A stretch of DNA of 64,000 nt from the human T2T-CHM13v2.0 reference genome, Homo sapiens, in NCBI RefSeq assembly GCF_009914755.1, contig NC_060948.1; one strand, written 5' to 3'. Numbering within the stretch: position 1 is the first letter of the stretch; each line of letters begins with the position of its first letter. Made by a program: the position numbers and the translations under genes. This document shows positions 36,701 through 51,067 of this stretch, piece after piece. The notes under the pieces were generated by a model that was not told the DNA's origin, ran no database searches, and saw only the letters and a list, made by a program, of their open reading frames with translations.

Positions 36701-37176
36701 CCTGTATGATAAAACACCAGAGCAACAGAAACAAAAATATTGACTGAAGCCTTCTAAAATCTCTCTAAATATACCTTCAATAAATATGGTTTTTTTTACA
36801 GAACGACTGCTTTCAGCTTCCTGAACTAACGCTTGGCCTTCGCTAGTTGTCACTGTTGAAATTGATTCAAAAGTGTACATTTAACATGAAAGTCAACACA
36901 GAATTTCATGTGTCAGCAACTAAAATTTTCAAAATGTTGCAAAATACAAATGTGAAACTGTATTTGTGAAATTTACCATTCATTGAAATTATATTTTCAT
37001 ACCTACCCAGGCACAGAATTTTTTATAACTGTCTGCATGTTCTCCTCATGTGGGGGAAAAGCAGCATCAGCAGGCAGAGGAATCCTTTGAAGCTGGAGGG
37101 AGAGGTTGCAGTGATCTGAGAGTTTGCCACTTGACTGCAGCCTGGATGACACAGTGAGACTCCAACTGAAAAGAAA

Positions 37177-37213
<37 letters not shown>

Positions 37214-37276
37214 AAAATTGATAAGTAAAAAAAAAATCCATATTCGAAAACATGCTCACAGGCTAACTCCCATATC

Positions 37277-37321
<45 letters not shown>

Positions 37322-38451
37322 TCCTTGAAAACGAAAGTTCCACAAGGGCAAAACAAGAAAACAAATTTAACACCCCCCAAAGAAAGTACAAAGAGTAACC
37401 TCAAAAGAACCGCAGGGGAAAACAATTCAAAATTTACAAGTATCTACCCTAAAAGAAGCTGAAAGTCCCTCAAAAACTTTCCAGAGGCCATGTCCTTGTA
37501 TTACAAAAATGATCATAAAAACTGGCAGGAGTAGACGAATAGAAATGCATCTTAAAACTTGCTGAACACTTCAAGTCTCCCATAAGAATTGTAATGGAAA
37601 ATGGATCAGTCGGCAGTTTTTTCCATACAATTATGAACAAATTATATTTCTTCATACATAGATTTGTTTTTTCAATATTCTAAGGAATTAACTTTTATAT
37701 TAATAGTAGGTGATGTAAGAAAGCAGGCCTTTATCAAGATAACTGACACTGGATGTCCATACCATTACTCAGGTGGGCCTTAATTCCCAGCCGGGTTCCC
37801 TCCCTGGACACACACTGAAGGTCCCCAGCCATTTGGCAATCTCTTCACATTCCCAGCCCTGGAGGTAGCCCTAAAATACATGTACCTGAAGAAAATAAAA
37901 CATTGCCTCACACTGGAGCCCAGTGTGGTCCTCCAGATTCCGTGTGAGGTGGACTAACTTATATGGGAAGGCAGGGCAGCGGGAGTGAGGATGGCAGAGA
38001 GGATTACACATGTCAAGGCAGCCGGGGTCATGGAAACAAAACATGACTGGCCTGGGAGAAACACTGTGAAAGGACACAGACCTAGGTGGGCCTCAGGTGG
38101 ACATCCTCGTGGAGAAAAAGGGGGCCCTGGTTGATCTCAAAATGAGCCCCAGGTGGTAGCAGGTCTTACCGCAGGGCAGGGAGCTGGCGAGTAATGATGA
38201 GACAGCTATCCCTTAAGCCCTGCTTGTCACCCACTGACTTTAGCCACATATGCATCATAGTGGCTTAAGGTGCCCCGATCCTGAAATGTGGGTGTTACAT
38301 GTCCCTGATGGGCCTCTCTCCCCCAGCCCACGGATTGCCTGGGATTGCTCACTGCAGTCTCCTCCCGGATCCTTGGGTTCTCCATGTGGGGCCCAGATCC
38401 AGGTCAAAAGGCCTCTCAGTTCCCAGCCCTTCCCAGCCCTAGGCTGCTCGC

Positions 38452-40677
38452 CTGGCCTCCTCTCTGTTCCGCCTCTAGGGCTGACCCTCTCTCCATGGGA
38501 TAGAACTGCAATGGATTGAGCCATAGGCCCTGGCTGATGATCTAGGGGACTGCAGAAGTGGGTCCAGGACAGTTCAGGTGACAGTTCAAAGCCAATTCCC
38601 CAGAGACCAAGGAATGACCAGCTAGGTCCTTTCCCATGATGCCCCACGGCGAACCCCACCTCAGCAATCCTGCCAAAACCCGGGCAGTCATGTTCAGCCA
38701 AACAGCTGAATGAGCTCAGGTAGGAGGTGTACTGCCTGCAGCTGGAGGCTTGACCTTCGTGATCCCAGAACCGCTGGACTGCAGTGGAATGAGACACCCT
38801 GTAGCCTGCAGGGAGAGGAGTCAGGAAGGTTCATGCCAGTCCCACCCTCCCACACACCAGCTCCCCTACCATGCTGGGAGGCATTCCTTACCGAGGATGC
38901 CAACACAGTGCTCCTTCATGATGATTTCACTGTGGAAATAAAGGTTGGGATGAAAGGAAATCATCCTGCCACCGGTAACCGGGATGGCTGAGTTCCTCCA
39001 CCTGCCGGATCAAGGAGAAAGAGGATGGATTCAATGGGACCATCTCAACTAGCCGGGCTGAGGTGGCCTACTAGCTGTAGTGAACCATGAGTTTCCCCTT
39101 CCCAGCTCTCCCACTGAGACAACCCTGGTCCCCAGGGGGACCTCAAACTGACTCAGACACTGGACTCCTCCCACAGACCCAGGCTCCCCAGCCTGACCTG
39201 CAAATCCATCACGTAGCAAAGCAGGACTTCCGCATGCTTTCCGACCCACGCCGACATCTCGTGTGCCAAACAATCTACCTCTGCGCAAGAACTCTCCAGA
39301 GGATTGGGTGGGCAAGCCTCGTGACGCCTTGCAATTTCGCAAGAACACAGACAATGTGGAACAGGGCCATCTCCCAGACATTTGGCCAGTCACCCTTCAT
39401 TGTTGGCCCTCTATCTCTGTCTGGCGAGGAGGCAACGCCACAACTGTGGTGGTTTTTGGAGTGGGTGGACCCCGGCCAAGACGGCCTGGGCTGACCAGAG
39501 ACGGGAGGCAGAAAAAGTGGGCAGGTGGTTGCAGCTGAGGGACGGGAGGGGCCGGGGGTGGTGTGAGGCGGCTGCTTCTCTGAGTTTCTGAGATGCAGGA
39601 GGCCTTTGTGTGCTGGGTGCTGGACATGCTCCGCTGATGTCCGGGTGTGTGGTGTCCTCTTATCCTAGTCTCCCTGAGGGGTGGGCCTGTCCACCTGAGG
39701 GAAGCCTTGTAGTTAGAAGCCACAGCAGGGTCGTGCCTGGCGCTCTCCAAGGGAATTGCGTGGGTCCAGAGGAAGTTATACAGGCTCAGGGCCTACACGC
39801 CTTTGAGTGCAGCGCCTGCAGTTGGATGAATGCGCATCTGCGGAGCTGGTGCCCGCCGTCAGGTGGTCGGCAGCCCCATGCGCCGCGAACCCATCTTAAG
39901 CACCTTGCGTTTCTGGGGTGAGCCTGCTGGAAACAGGCACCGAGAGCAGGGGTGGTTCAATGGCTGGTAATGGCATACAGATTCCCCGTCCTCCAGGGAC
40001 GTTCCCAGGGAAACGCGTCCTTCGAATTTGGGCTGTGCGCAAAGGGACCTTGGCGCCGCGATTCTCCCTTGTCAGTGCTGGCCCTGGCTCCCCTTCCCTA
40101 CCACGTGCTCCCAGGGCTGCTACAAGCGAGCTGCCCTCACAGCTGCGGGAACGTGGCCTCGGCTCCCACGCTGTCCCCCATCCCCTGCCTCCTGGCTGAC
40201 CCCACGTGCCTCCCACCTGGCTCCTCCCCGCAAACAGCCCCCATACCCCCCGAGGCCCGATGACTATCCCCTGCTGCCCGCCATCCCAAATCGGCAGCCG
40301 CAAGGATATGGCTCTGGCTCACAAGGCGGAGATGCTCTGTGGCCTGGGGCATTCACGGAGCCCAGCTCCAAGTGAAGGACCTCCAGCGAGTCCACTGACG
40401 GCCCCGGTGTGCTCGGTCCAGGGCCAGGCTGTGCCCGCTGGCCCTCCTTCTGCCACCCCACGTCGGGCTCCACCTCAACCACCACCTCCACCTCAGCCAT
40501 GATGTCTTCCACCTTCAGCACCGCCTCCTCTTCCAAGGCCGCCTCCTTGCTCTGTACCCCGGCCGTCCTCTCCAGCATTGCCTCCAGCCTGAACACGGTT
40601 TTCTCCTGGGTGCTCCCACAGACCCTGGGCCTGCGCAGCCCAGCCCAGCCCAGCCCATGCCCCGCACCCGTAGGCTC
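38452..40677 (-). pseudogene. FAM197Y: Inverted degenerate TSPY paralog A (FAM197Y region), unit 2
   Basis: Copy of 18175-20400 at +20277, matching ORFs 40264..41028 and 38255..38797. Confidence 0.85.
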
Positions 40678-41651
40678 TGGGGGCCCGCTCCCCAGCAGAC
40701 CCGCTCCCTGCAAGACCCACGGGCGTCGCCCTGCTGTGAACCTGGTCCCACACCTACGTGGACCCAGGTTTCCTGAGGAGCTCCGCTGGACCCGCAGATC
40801 CCGCACTGGCCAAAGGGCTCCGGTCCCCAGCAGGCTCAACTGCGCACAGGAGCTCGGGAGCCAGAGGCCCCGGCCCTGGGCTTGCAGAGCCCCACCAACA
40901 GGCACCGCAACCGCTGCTGCGGGTGCGGGAGCCTCTGGGTCGTCAAGGCAGCGCACAACAGCGTGCGTGCAGGCCGACAATGGCCAACCCTGGCGGCTGG
41001 CCTCTGGTGTGCCCAGGGCATAGGACAAGAGGCCCTTTGGAATGCTCCTTGGAGTACAGCATCCTCAGGGAGGAAGCATGGTACTCGGAGCCTCTATTTG
41101 CCTCGACCTGTGAGAGTGTGTGCCGGGGCTCTGGCCTCTACAGCAGATCAATTCCACCTCAGCACCGGCAGGCGACTTTCCTCCCACGTGCCCGCCCCGA
41201 TCACTTCCCCCAGGACACCCCTGCCGCCCTAGCCCCAGCAACCAGAGAGAGTTCTCTGCATCTGCTGTATTACCTCCGTACCATCTACCTGGCCTGCCTA
41301 ACGAAGAGAGATGTTTCCTGTGTTCATGACACATAGAGATGTTCATGGCTTGCCACACTGAGGATGTCAGGGCACAGGGCTGCCATGCCCACAATTCCAA
41401 AGGCCACGCAGCCCGCGTGTGCCCGGATGCCTAGCTACCCGGCACAAGCTCCAAGGGCTTCTCGGAGGAGGCTTGGGCAGGGAAGGCGGGGGGTGGGGGG
41501 GCTGGAGATGCAGGCCCGCCAGTGGCTGTGCCGCCCAGGGAGACGCCCACCGCCCTCCCATTGACTGGCCACGACGGGAGGAAGTCGGCCTGGGTGCGGC
41601 CCCCCGGCCCTTCGCGCGCAGTCCCTTAGGGGGCGCCTGGAAGCCCGGCGC

Positions 41652-44214
41652 ATGCGCCCTGAGGGCTCGCTGACCTACCGGGTGCCAGAGAGGCTGCGGC
41701 AGGGTTTCTGTGGCGTGGGTCGGGCAGCACAGGCCTTGGTGTGTGCGAGTGCCAAGGAGGGCACCGCCTTCAGGATGGAGGCTGTACAGGAGGGGGCGGC
41801 CGGGGTGGAGAGTGAGCAGGCGGCTTTGGGGGAGGAGGCGGTGCTGCTGTTGGATGACATAATGGCGGAGGTGGAGGTGGTGGCGGAGGAGGAGGGCCTC
41901 GTGGAGCGGCGGGAGGAGGCCCAGCGGGCACAGCAGGCTGTGCCTGGCCCTGGGCCCATGACCCCAGAGTCTGCACTGGAGGAGCTGCTGGCCGTTCAGG
42001 TGGAGCTGGAGCCGGTTAATGCCCAAGCCAGGAAGGCCTTTTCTCGGCAGCGGGAAAAGATGGAGCGGAGGCGCAAGCCCCACCTAGACCGCAGAGGCGC
42101 CGTCATCCAGAGCGTCCCTGGCTTCTGGGCCAATGTTGTATCCTTCTCAGTGTTTCTTCGGCCTTTCTAGTGGAGAGGTGCTCTCGGGGAAGTGTAAGTG
42201 ACCGATGGGCAGCGCGGCGTCGATGTGACTCTTTGGGGAACAAAGGGGAGTTGCCACGGACCAGTGTGGCTGTGGAAAGCCGGAGCAGGCGTGGGTACTA
42301 TTGTCCTGCATGCGGCAGAGAAACCCTTGGTGATGCCGAGCAGCAGACGTTTGGGGCATCTTTTTGAAGAGCAGAAGCGAGTTCAGAGCGGAAGAGGTTT
42401 TTCAGTGAATGAAGCTATTTTTAAGGGAGTGTGATTGCTGCCCCTTGCTAGTCCGATCTGGGACTGGGCGTCTTCGGCTATAAGCAGATTCTGCCACTCC
42501 TCAGACACCAGCAAGTCTCTGCAAATCGCGCCTCCCCATGTCAGTGCAGTCAGCCTCAGAATCATACACCCTCTGTGAACACAGGAGGCCTTAGTTTACG
42601 GGGAGGGGGAGGCGAAAGGAGATCATACATGGAAGCAGATCTGAGAAATCCCCTACCCCAGCCTCTGGGTGCTCTTAGGCCTTCTTCCCTGTTGCTCCTC
42701 GCTTTCCCTTCCATCGTGTGTAAAGTCTCTTTGACCTAAATCAGATTGCAAACCACCCCCAGATGTCAGCCCTGATCACTGACGAAGATGAAGACATGCT
42801 GAGCTACATGGTCAGCCTGGAGGTGAGGCCAGGAAGACTGGGGCTAGAGGGTTTAGCGGGGGAGGGTAAGGGAAATAATTCATTCCTGTAAGCAAGAGTG
42901 AGCACCTCACCCGAAAACCTATCTAAGCTTTCTCCACCTTGTCCTGACAGGTGGAAGAAGAGAAGCATCCTGTTCATCTCTGCAAGATCATGTTGTTCTT
43001 TCGGAGTAACCCCTACTTCCAGAATAAAGTGATTACCAAGGAATATCTGGTGAACATCACAGGTGACAGGTGGCTCCCAGGATGGGTAGTGGAAGGAAGA
43101 TGGTGGGTGGATCATTGCCAACGGGATCCAGCCCCCTTCCCACAAAAACTCCTGTCTCTGTAGAATACAGGGCTTCTCATTCCACTCCAATTGAGTGGTA
43201 TCCGGATTATGAAGTGGAGGCCTATCGCCGCAGACACCACAACAGCAGCCTTAACTTCTTCAACTGGTTCTCTGACCACAACTTCGCAGGATCTAACAAG
43301 ATTGCTGAGGTGAGTCCTCACTGGGAAACATGAGGAATGACCCCGTGTGTTCCCAGCTGCTTGGGTCACCTTTCTGAGCCCTGATGAGGCCTTTCCCGAT
43401 TGAGTCCCCTGACAGATCCTATGTAAGGACCTGTGGCGCAATCCCCTGCAATACTACAAGAGGATGAAGCCACCTGAAGAGGGAACAGAGACGTCAGGTG
43501 AGCCGTTAGTTGGCACTGGAGCTGTTTGATGCCCAGTATAAGGGGGTTGACACACCTGCCTATTCAGGGAGCCTGGGTGCTCATTTCAGAAATGTAGAAA
43601 TTGAGGCTCCTTTCGTACATGTAGAAATTCCTTGAGAGGAAGACAGAGAGTGACAGAATCCAGGACGTTCATGGCATTGGGCTGAAAAGGCACGTTAGAG
43701 ACTGCACTGCAAAGCGGGTGATAGCTGTGGAGTCTTAAGCCCAGTGAAGAATCGTCCATTTCCAGAATCAATGAGAAGTAAAGCTGAAAATCATTCAGTT
43801 CAGTCTGTGGCACTTGATTCCACAGCTGTCAACCCCACCGGCAGTCATCCCGCCAACCCCATGAGATTGGGCTCCCTGAATGTGCGTCCTGGTCATCCTT
43901 GCCCCAAACCACAAAGGACTGTTTAGATTGATGGATTTCCTTAAGCTGTTGCCCCATCAGACTTGTGTGTGCTTTTAGGGCCCAGTGCATCTTGTTAGCT
44001 GACTCCCCTCACAGACAATACTGGGAATGGGGCAGGGATTGCGCAGAACAGTTTGTAACACGTGGTAGGAGGAAGTTTAAGGGATCACAAATGGGGAAGG
44101 GATATCCTTTTCTCAGCGGGCCCCACAATTGAAACATTTCAAAGTATGGCTCAGAGAAAATGCGTTTTAACATGAGTTTGTGTTTCTCTAGGGGACTCCC
44201 AGTTGTTGAGTTGA
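41652..44214 (+). CDS. TSPY: TSPY copy 3 (intact, 308 aa); exons 41652-42137, 42745-42822, 42951-43062, 43164-43309, 43416-43497, 44192-44214
   Basis: Same exon structure at offset +40587. Splice sites are intact and the stop is TGA at 44212-44214. Confidence 0.96.
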
Positions 44215-44439
44215 ATATGATGGAGCATCAGATTTTACCTAATACAGCAGAACTCCCAAAAAGTTACAGCCATATGCAGGACGGCAGTACTCAGCATGGT
44301 CTTTATGCACAGGAACTAAAGGAAAAAGAGATCGAGTCACAAAAATTCAGGAAGAGGGGGTAAATGTGGATTGTATGGAATGAAAAATAAACATTCTCAA
44401 GGATGTGTGACTCTGTGTCTGTGTGTGTGTGTGTGTCTT

Positions 44440-44476
<37 letters not shown>

Positions 44477-47400
44477 TTATCCACTTTATTCGGGTGTCAT
44501 AATGAATTGATCAATCCACGTGCTTTATTCTCTTCATGGAAATAACCAGTCTGCGTTGGAGCTGGGCCTCTAAAGTTGTAGAGTGAATGGGTGTGGGATG
44601 TGTTGGGATTCTTCCTACAGGACAGAGTGGGAGAGGTAAAAGCAAAAGACAGCTTAGTTGGAGGCTGACTTCGTCCTATGGAAGCAGAGATAGTTCAAGG
44701 AAAGGGGTTACTGGGTTTCCAGGGCCCAGTTTGCTGGGACCTCCAAAATCCTTCATTTTGGGTATCATCATACACAGTAGCTAAGCACAGGATGATGGAA
44801 ATCTTAAAGTTCGCTTTCGTGTTGAATCCACATGTTCTTTTAAAGGTGAATGCATGATCCTTTTCTGGGACAATCAGCCTCTCAGGACTTCTGAAACATC
44901 AACGTGAGAAGAAATGGGCATGTAAGGTGTATGGAGGGACTGTGGGAAAGGTGACAGAGGCATGTGGGAAGGCATTCAGGATACGCTTTTGGCATAGATG
45001 ACTAAGGGAAAACAGAAACTTACAGAAGTGAGGGGAAAGGGGGTGGATTAGTGGAATATAAGATTGTTGGAGAATCCATCCATGGACTCTCTTGTCACTT
45101 GATGACCCAGGATATGGACACTCTTGTTGATGTTTACATCTTTAGTTGTTTTAAGCTTTTCTCCAAGATTCTGTGTTAGGTGAGGAGCCAATAACGTATG
45201 TAGCTAACAACAGTACGAGTGCATTTTGTGCTCTTGCAAAGTCTAGTGAGGCTCTATTCTCCCTCGTGATTGGCACTGCAGATTGTATCTGGAGCCCAGG
45301 GCCCCTAAATTTTCTGTGGCCTCTTCAGCATAGTTTGCCTAAGGTTTAGAACGTAAAGTGAATATAGTTGCGGAATATGTTTTGCAAGCCTCACACAGGA
45401 GGACAAAACATACAGCTTTCATTCGCGAGTGGGAGGCTGCTTCCCAGGAACACGTGTGTCTGCACAAGACAAGGGGTTGCCTCTGTCAAGGATGGGGCAG
45501 GAGGATTTCAGTGTCGGAGGCAGAACTTTCTTTCCTGTTCCCAGATGAAACAGTTCCAACACGAGCATCCATGTTGACCACACGCTACTAGAGTGCTAAC
45601 ATTGCTGTCCCGTATAGACTCCGGTCAGCACAGCTTCTGTGAGAAGAGCTATGTTGTTTCAGGGAAGAGGGTTTGACAGTCAAAGTTCCTGAATCTGTTG
45701 TGGTGCCTGCAATATGCATTCTACCCCTCCTGCTCGGTGTCAAAGCAGTTGAGCTTTGAAAATCTATCGCCCGGTTTTGTCCCTGCTCCTATGCAGACCT
45801 CTGAAGCTCTGGAGCGGGAGTCTTGTCCTCCTCTGACTACCGTCCCCCTGACCCACAAACACAGGAGAAACAGGTGTTCTAAGCAAATTATTCTGAAAAC
45901 AGTCGGAACCCTTTGGCCCCCTCAAGCTGCCCTCTATCCTACTGTGTGCATGTCAAAGACACTGTGGTCCAGTACGGTATCCCTATAGCGGCAATGGGGC
46001 AACAGATTGGTGTGTGCACTCTGGGCAACTCAGATTAGGAAACGTCTGGGGACTTGCCTATAACGAGGTCGTCTTAAAACGTGTTGCCCCAAATTTAAGG
46101 CATAGGAAAATGTTGAGGAAAGGGTCTTGCAATGATTTTTCTAGGAGGTAAATAGATAAGAAAATGACCGTAAATAGATGCCAGGGCTAGTTTTGGAGCT
46201 AGCCTGTTTTAAAGTGGTGGTAGGGGAGGAGCTTTTTCCAAGGCAGGTAGCAAACCAGGAACTGTCTACGATGGATGGGCGTGCCACGGGTTGGTGGCTC
46301 AGCCATATTGCCACCCCACCGAGTGAATGCAGCAGACTGGGCTTCTTCCTTGAATCCTACGTGCAATTCAGTCTAGTGATTTCACATGAGATCCCTTCTT
46401 CTGGTATTATCACAGATCGTGCTGAATTATACAGGCTGTGTAATGCTTCTTCCACTGAATATCCGTGCACGTGGGCCACAGATGCTAAGGGCACTGACAA
46501 ATTTGCACCGTGCCTCAGTAACTCGGAAGCACATCTGTGATTTGTACCGACAGGGACTTGGTGTCTTTTCGTGTTTAAAGTAGCACGTGTGTGTTTGTGG
46601 TTGCGTATGTTTATTTCTCTGTGCGGGTTTGTATATTTTCTCTGACTCCACCTATGTCTCCGTGGTTCCGATATTTTTCCACACTCCCTGCGACAATTTG
46701 CACATGCCTATCTCTACAACCATTGTAGACTTTGTATCTGTGTCTTTGAACATCTGTCACTCTCTCTCCCTTCCTTTTTTCTTTTCCTTCCTTTACACCC
46801 CTCCTTTCATCCTTCCCTTGCTTCCCCACCACACTCTCTCCATCTGTATCGTCTATGTTTCTATTCTCTATCTGGGTTTACTTTCTAATTCTGAATTCAA
46901 GGGCATTGAATTGAAAAGAAGCACTCTTCGTACTTTTATGTGTTTTAACTCATTTGGGGAATTTGGCGTGGTATTATTTACAGGGTTCTCTCTGCCCTTT
47001 CTCATTGTTCTCCCCAGTCGGGGCTGTTATTATGTGAAAGCTGGTTTCCTTCATCACATCGCGTAGGCTCTAATGATGTTTCGTTTATTTTGATTCTCCT
47101 CACACTACATAGTTTTAATTTACCTAATGTGACTGTTTTTTTGTTTGTTTTCCGAGAATGGGTCTTACTCTGTCTTCTAGGTTGGACAGCAGCCCCACGA
47201 TCTCAGCCCACTGCAGCCCAGGCACCACACACCCATGTGATCCTGTCAACTCAGACTCTCACACACCTGGCAGTACAGGTGCATGCCACCCCTCCAAGCT
47301 ATGTATTAATTAACTAAATACTTACTTTTTGAATGTGGGTCCATGTTGCCCCAGGCTCATCTGGAACTCCTGAGTGCAGGCAATCCTCCCACCTCAGCTT

Positions 47401-47581
47401 ATCAAAGTGCTGGGATGACAGGTGTGACCCATGGCCCTGCCATGGCTTTGTGTTTTTTGCTTTTTTCTTCCTCCTCCTCACGTCTTGTTTTGAAACATGC
47501 ACTGAAGGTTTCAATTCATGGACTATAGCCTCTGTGCCTGGAATTTCTATCTTTCAACTCATCATCAGCATTCATTGGGAT

Positions 47582-47617
<36 letters not shown>

Positions 47618-47866
47618 ATATAAGAATACCTATGTACACACATATATACGTATATACATGTATATACGTATATATGCACATTTATATACGTATATACATG
47701 TATATACGTATATATATACATGTACACATATGTATTTATTTCTCAAGTTACGAAACGGCTTGCATTCTTTCCTGTGTCATGAAAAAGACTTTGCTAGAAA
47801 AGAAAAGCACTGCTTTATAATAAAATATTTTATTTGCATTTATTTTGTTAAGGCATTTTAAAAATT

Positions 47867-49607
47867 GTATGTTTGTTTAAAAAATGTCATATGAAATGAT
47901 ACATATTTACAACTTAAGGCGTGATGTTCAACAGGTCATATACATTATGCATTGGATACATCCAGCCAATCAACATATGTGTGACCTCACATAGTTGTCA
48001 TTTTTGTTGTGAAAAAACTTGACCTGCACTGTATTCGAATATTTTTAGAGAAAGAATATGTTACCACTAGTTATAGTGAGCATGCTGAAGAAAATATTTT
48101 TAACCTATTCCTCCTTTATAACTAGAAGTATGAGTTCTTCATCCAGCATCTCGTCAGTGCACCCTCTTCACCGCAGTCATTGGAGTCACTACTTCTGTGA
48201 AGTCCGCTTTTTTGATTTCATATAAGAATGAGATCATGTGCTACTTTCCTTTCTGATACCTGGCTTATGTCACTTAACAGAATGGCATGCACACATTCAG
48301 CAGATTCCCACACATTCTCACAACTGGCAGGATTTCCTGATTTCTTATTGCAGCGCATATTTCCGTTGCGCATATGCGTTTTTGCCCCATTTTTTAATCC
48401 ACTTATCAATGGAGGGACACTCAGGTTGCTTCCGCATTTTGGCTACAGCAAAAATGTAATGAGTGCAGCAATAATTGCATGGGTGCGCGCACCGCTTCAA
48501 CATACTGATCTGTGTACTGGCGGGCGTGCCCGGGTATTCTGATTTGCTGGATCATATAGTGGGTGGTTCTACTTGTAGATTTCTGAAGGCTGTTTATACT
48601 TAAATAAGAGCCATAAAGCTTCTTTAATGCCAGCACTAATTTACATTCTCCCCAAAAGTGAGCAGGGAATTCGTTTTCTCTGCCTCCTCACCAGAGATTA
48701 GGGTTTTCTTTTCTTTCTTTTTTTTTTTTTGTTTGTTTGTCTTTCGGATAATATGCATTCTGACTGAAGTGAGAAGAAATCTCATTGTGTTTTTGATTTG
48801 CATTTTCGTGATGGATTGGGGATAATGAGGAATTTTTAGTGTGTCTTCTGGGCAACTGTATGTCTCAGTTTCACAAATGAGTCTTCGCAGCCTTCGCCCA
48901 TTTGTTTTCATGCTATTGAGTTGTTGGGAGTTCCTTATGTACTGTGACTATTCCCCCATGAACAGATGTATGGTGATCCAATCATTGCTCCCATCCTGTA
49001 GGATGCCCCTTCTGTATGTTGAGTTTTCTATGGTGTGGTGAAGCACTTTAGTTTGATATGATTCCATTCTCTATTTTTGATGGTGTTTACTGTGTTCTTG
49101 CAGTCACTTTGAGACCATCATTGCACACACGGACGCCATGGAGCTTCTTCCTTGTGATCTCTTCTGCTATTTTTATCGTTTCACATCTGACACTGGAGTT
49201 TGGTGATAAATAATCCACTTGTAAAATCCTTTGTGTGGCTATTCAGATTTCCCCAACCTAGTTTATAGAAGATACTTGATTTTGCATTGGGCGTTCTTGC
49301 TTCTTTGGGAAAAGGCTGTGAGCTGCAAATGCAGTGACTTAGTTCTGGGCTCCTGTTGTTTTTCCTAAGCTCTAGTCTCTGCTTTTCTGCCAGTGCTATT
49401 GTATTTTGGTACAAAAAGTTTTGTAGTAGTATATCATGAAGTTAGGTAGTGTGGTGGCTCCAGCTTTGTGCTTTTTACTGGATTGCTCTGGGTTTTCAGG
49501 ATCTTCTGCCATTTCATAGCAAATTTGGGATTCCCAGATTGTTTTTCTAAGAAGAATGTGTCATTGATATTTTTACAGGGGTTGTATAGAATCTGAGGAT
49601 GACTCAG
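47867..49607 (-). mobile_element. Old L1 3' fragment, unit 3
   Basis: Copy of 7290-9030. Confidence 0.82.
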
Positions 49608-50318
49608 GTAGTAGTGATGTCAATGCCGTTTAGACAATGTGCGTGTTTGTGTGCACAAGCTCAGGGCCAAGAGACACTGGGTGTCCTCACCAATACTGAG
49701 GTGGGCCTTAATATCCAGCCAGATTGCCTTCTGGAAACACACAGAATGTCCTGTTCTGTTTTGCCATCTCTTCACATTTCCTCCCCTGTGAGCCCTGTGT
49801 GGTCCTCCAGATTCCCTGTGCGGTGGCCTGCCTTTTTTGGGGTGGGGAGTTGCTGGGTGAATGAGGATGGCGGAGGGAACCAAGTATGTCAGTGGAGCGT
49901 GGTGTCATCCAAACGGTACTTAGCAGGCCTGGGAGAGTCATTCTGGGAGGACGCAGACCTAGAGAGGCCTCAGGTGGGCATCTGTGTGGAGGGTGAGAGA
50001 TCCCTGGTTGAGCCCAAACTGAACCCCAGGTAGAAGCAAGCCTCAGGACAGGGAAGTAGCTAGCAAGGGATGATGAGGGAGCTATCTCTTGACCCTGGCT
50101 TCCCACCCATTGACCTTAGCTACTTGTGCCTATTAAGCAGATTACGGTTCCCCCATCGTGAAATGTGGGTACCACAGTTCCCTGATGGGCATTTCTCCAC
50201 CAGCCCATGATGGCCTGAGTTTCCTTACTGCAGTCTCCTCCCTGAGCCTTGGCTTCTCTATGTGTGTCCTAACTCCAGGACCCACAGGCCTGTCAACCCC
50301 CAGCCCTGGGCTGCTTCC

Positions 50319-51067
50319 CTGGCCTCTTCTCTGTTCCCTCTCTGAGGGCCTAACTCCCTTGGGTAGTGCTGCAGAATATAGAGCCACAGGCCCTGGCTGA
50401 TGATCTGGTGGACTGGGCAAATTGGTCGTGACAGGTCAGGTTCTGGTTCAAAGCCAATTCCTCCGATGCCAAGGAATGTCGAAGAAGGTCCTTTGCCATG
50501 ATGCCCCATAGCTGCCCCACCTCAGCAATCGTGCCGTAACCTGGGCCCTCACAGTCAGACAACCAGCTGAAGAAGCTCAGGCAGTGACCTGCGGGAAACT
50601 CGGGCTTTCACCTGCATGACCCTAGAACCACTGGACTGCAGTGGAGCCAGTCGCCCTGTATCCTGGAGGGAGACGAGTCAGGAAGGCGCACGCCAGGCCC
50701 AGCTCCCGAGGTACTACCCCCTCTACTCCTCAGGGAGGATGCCAACGCAATACTCCTTAGTCATCACTTTGTTTCCGAAGTAAATGTTGTGATGAAAGGC
50801 AAACTTCTTCCTACCCCTTGTATTCAGGGTGGCCGAGTTCCTCCACCTGCCTGTCCAAGAAGGAGAAACAGGGCTGTGAAGGGGCAATTTCATCTAGGTG
50901 GGCTGAGGTGGCATTCTAGCCGGGGTGAAGCATGCGTTTCCCCTTCCCAGCTTTCCCGCTGAGACACACCTGAGCCCCAGAAGGACCTCAACCTGACCAG
51001 GACCTTAGCACCCTCCCCCAGACCCAGGCTTTCCATCCTGACCTGCAAATCCAACATGCAGCTTTGA
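50319..51067 (-). pseudogene. TSPY pseudogene fragment (paralog B), unit 3
   Basis: Copy of 9742-10490 at +40577. Confidence 0.8.

Noticed and set aside
44160-44363. Unit-3-specific 67-aa ORF over exon 6 and the 3'UTR
   Set aside because: It is produced by a T>C change and a 1-bp insertion in the 3'UTR and starts in the intron. The TSPY stop at 44212-44214 is intact.
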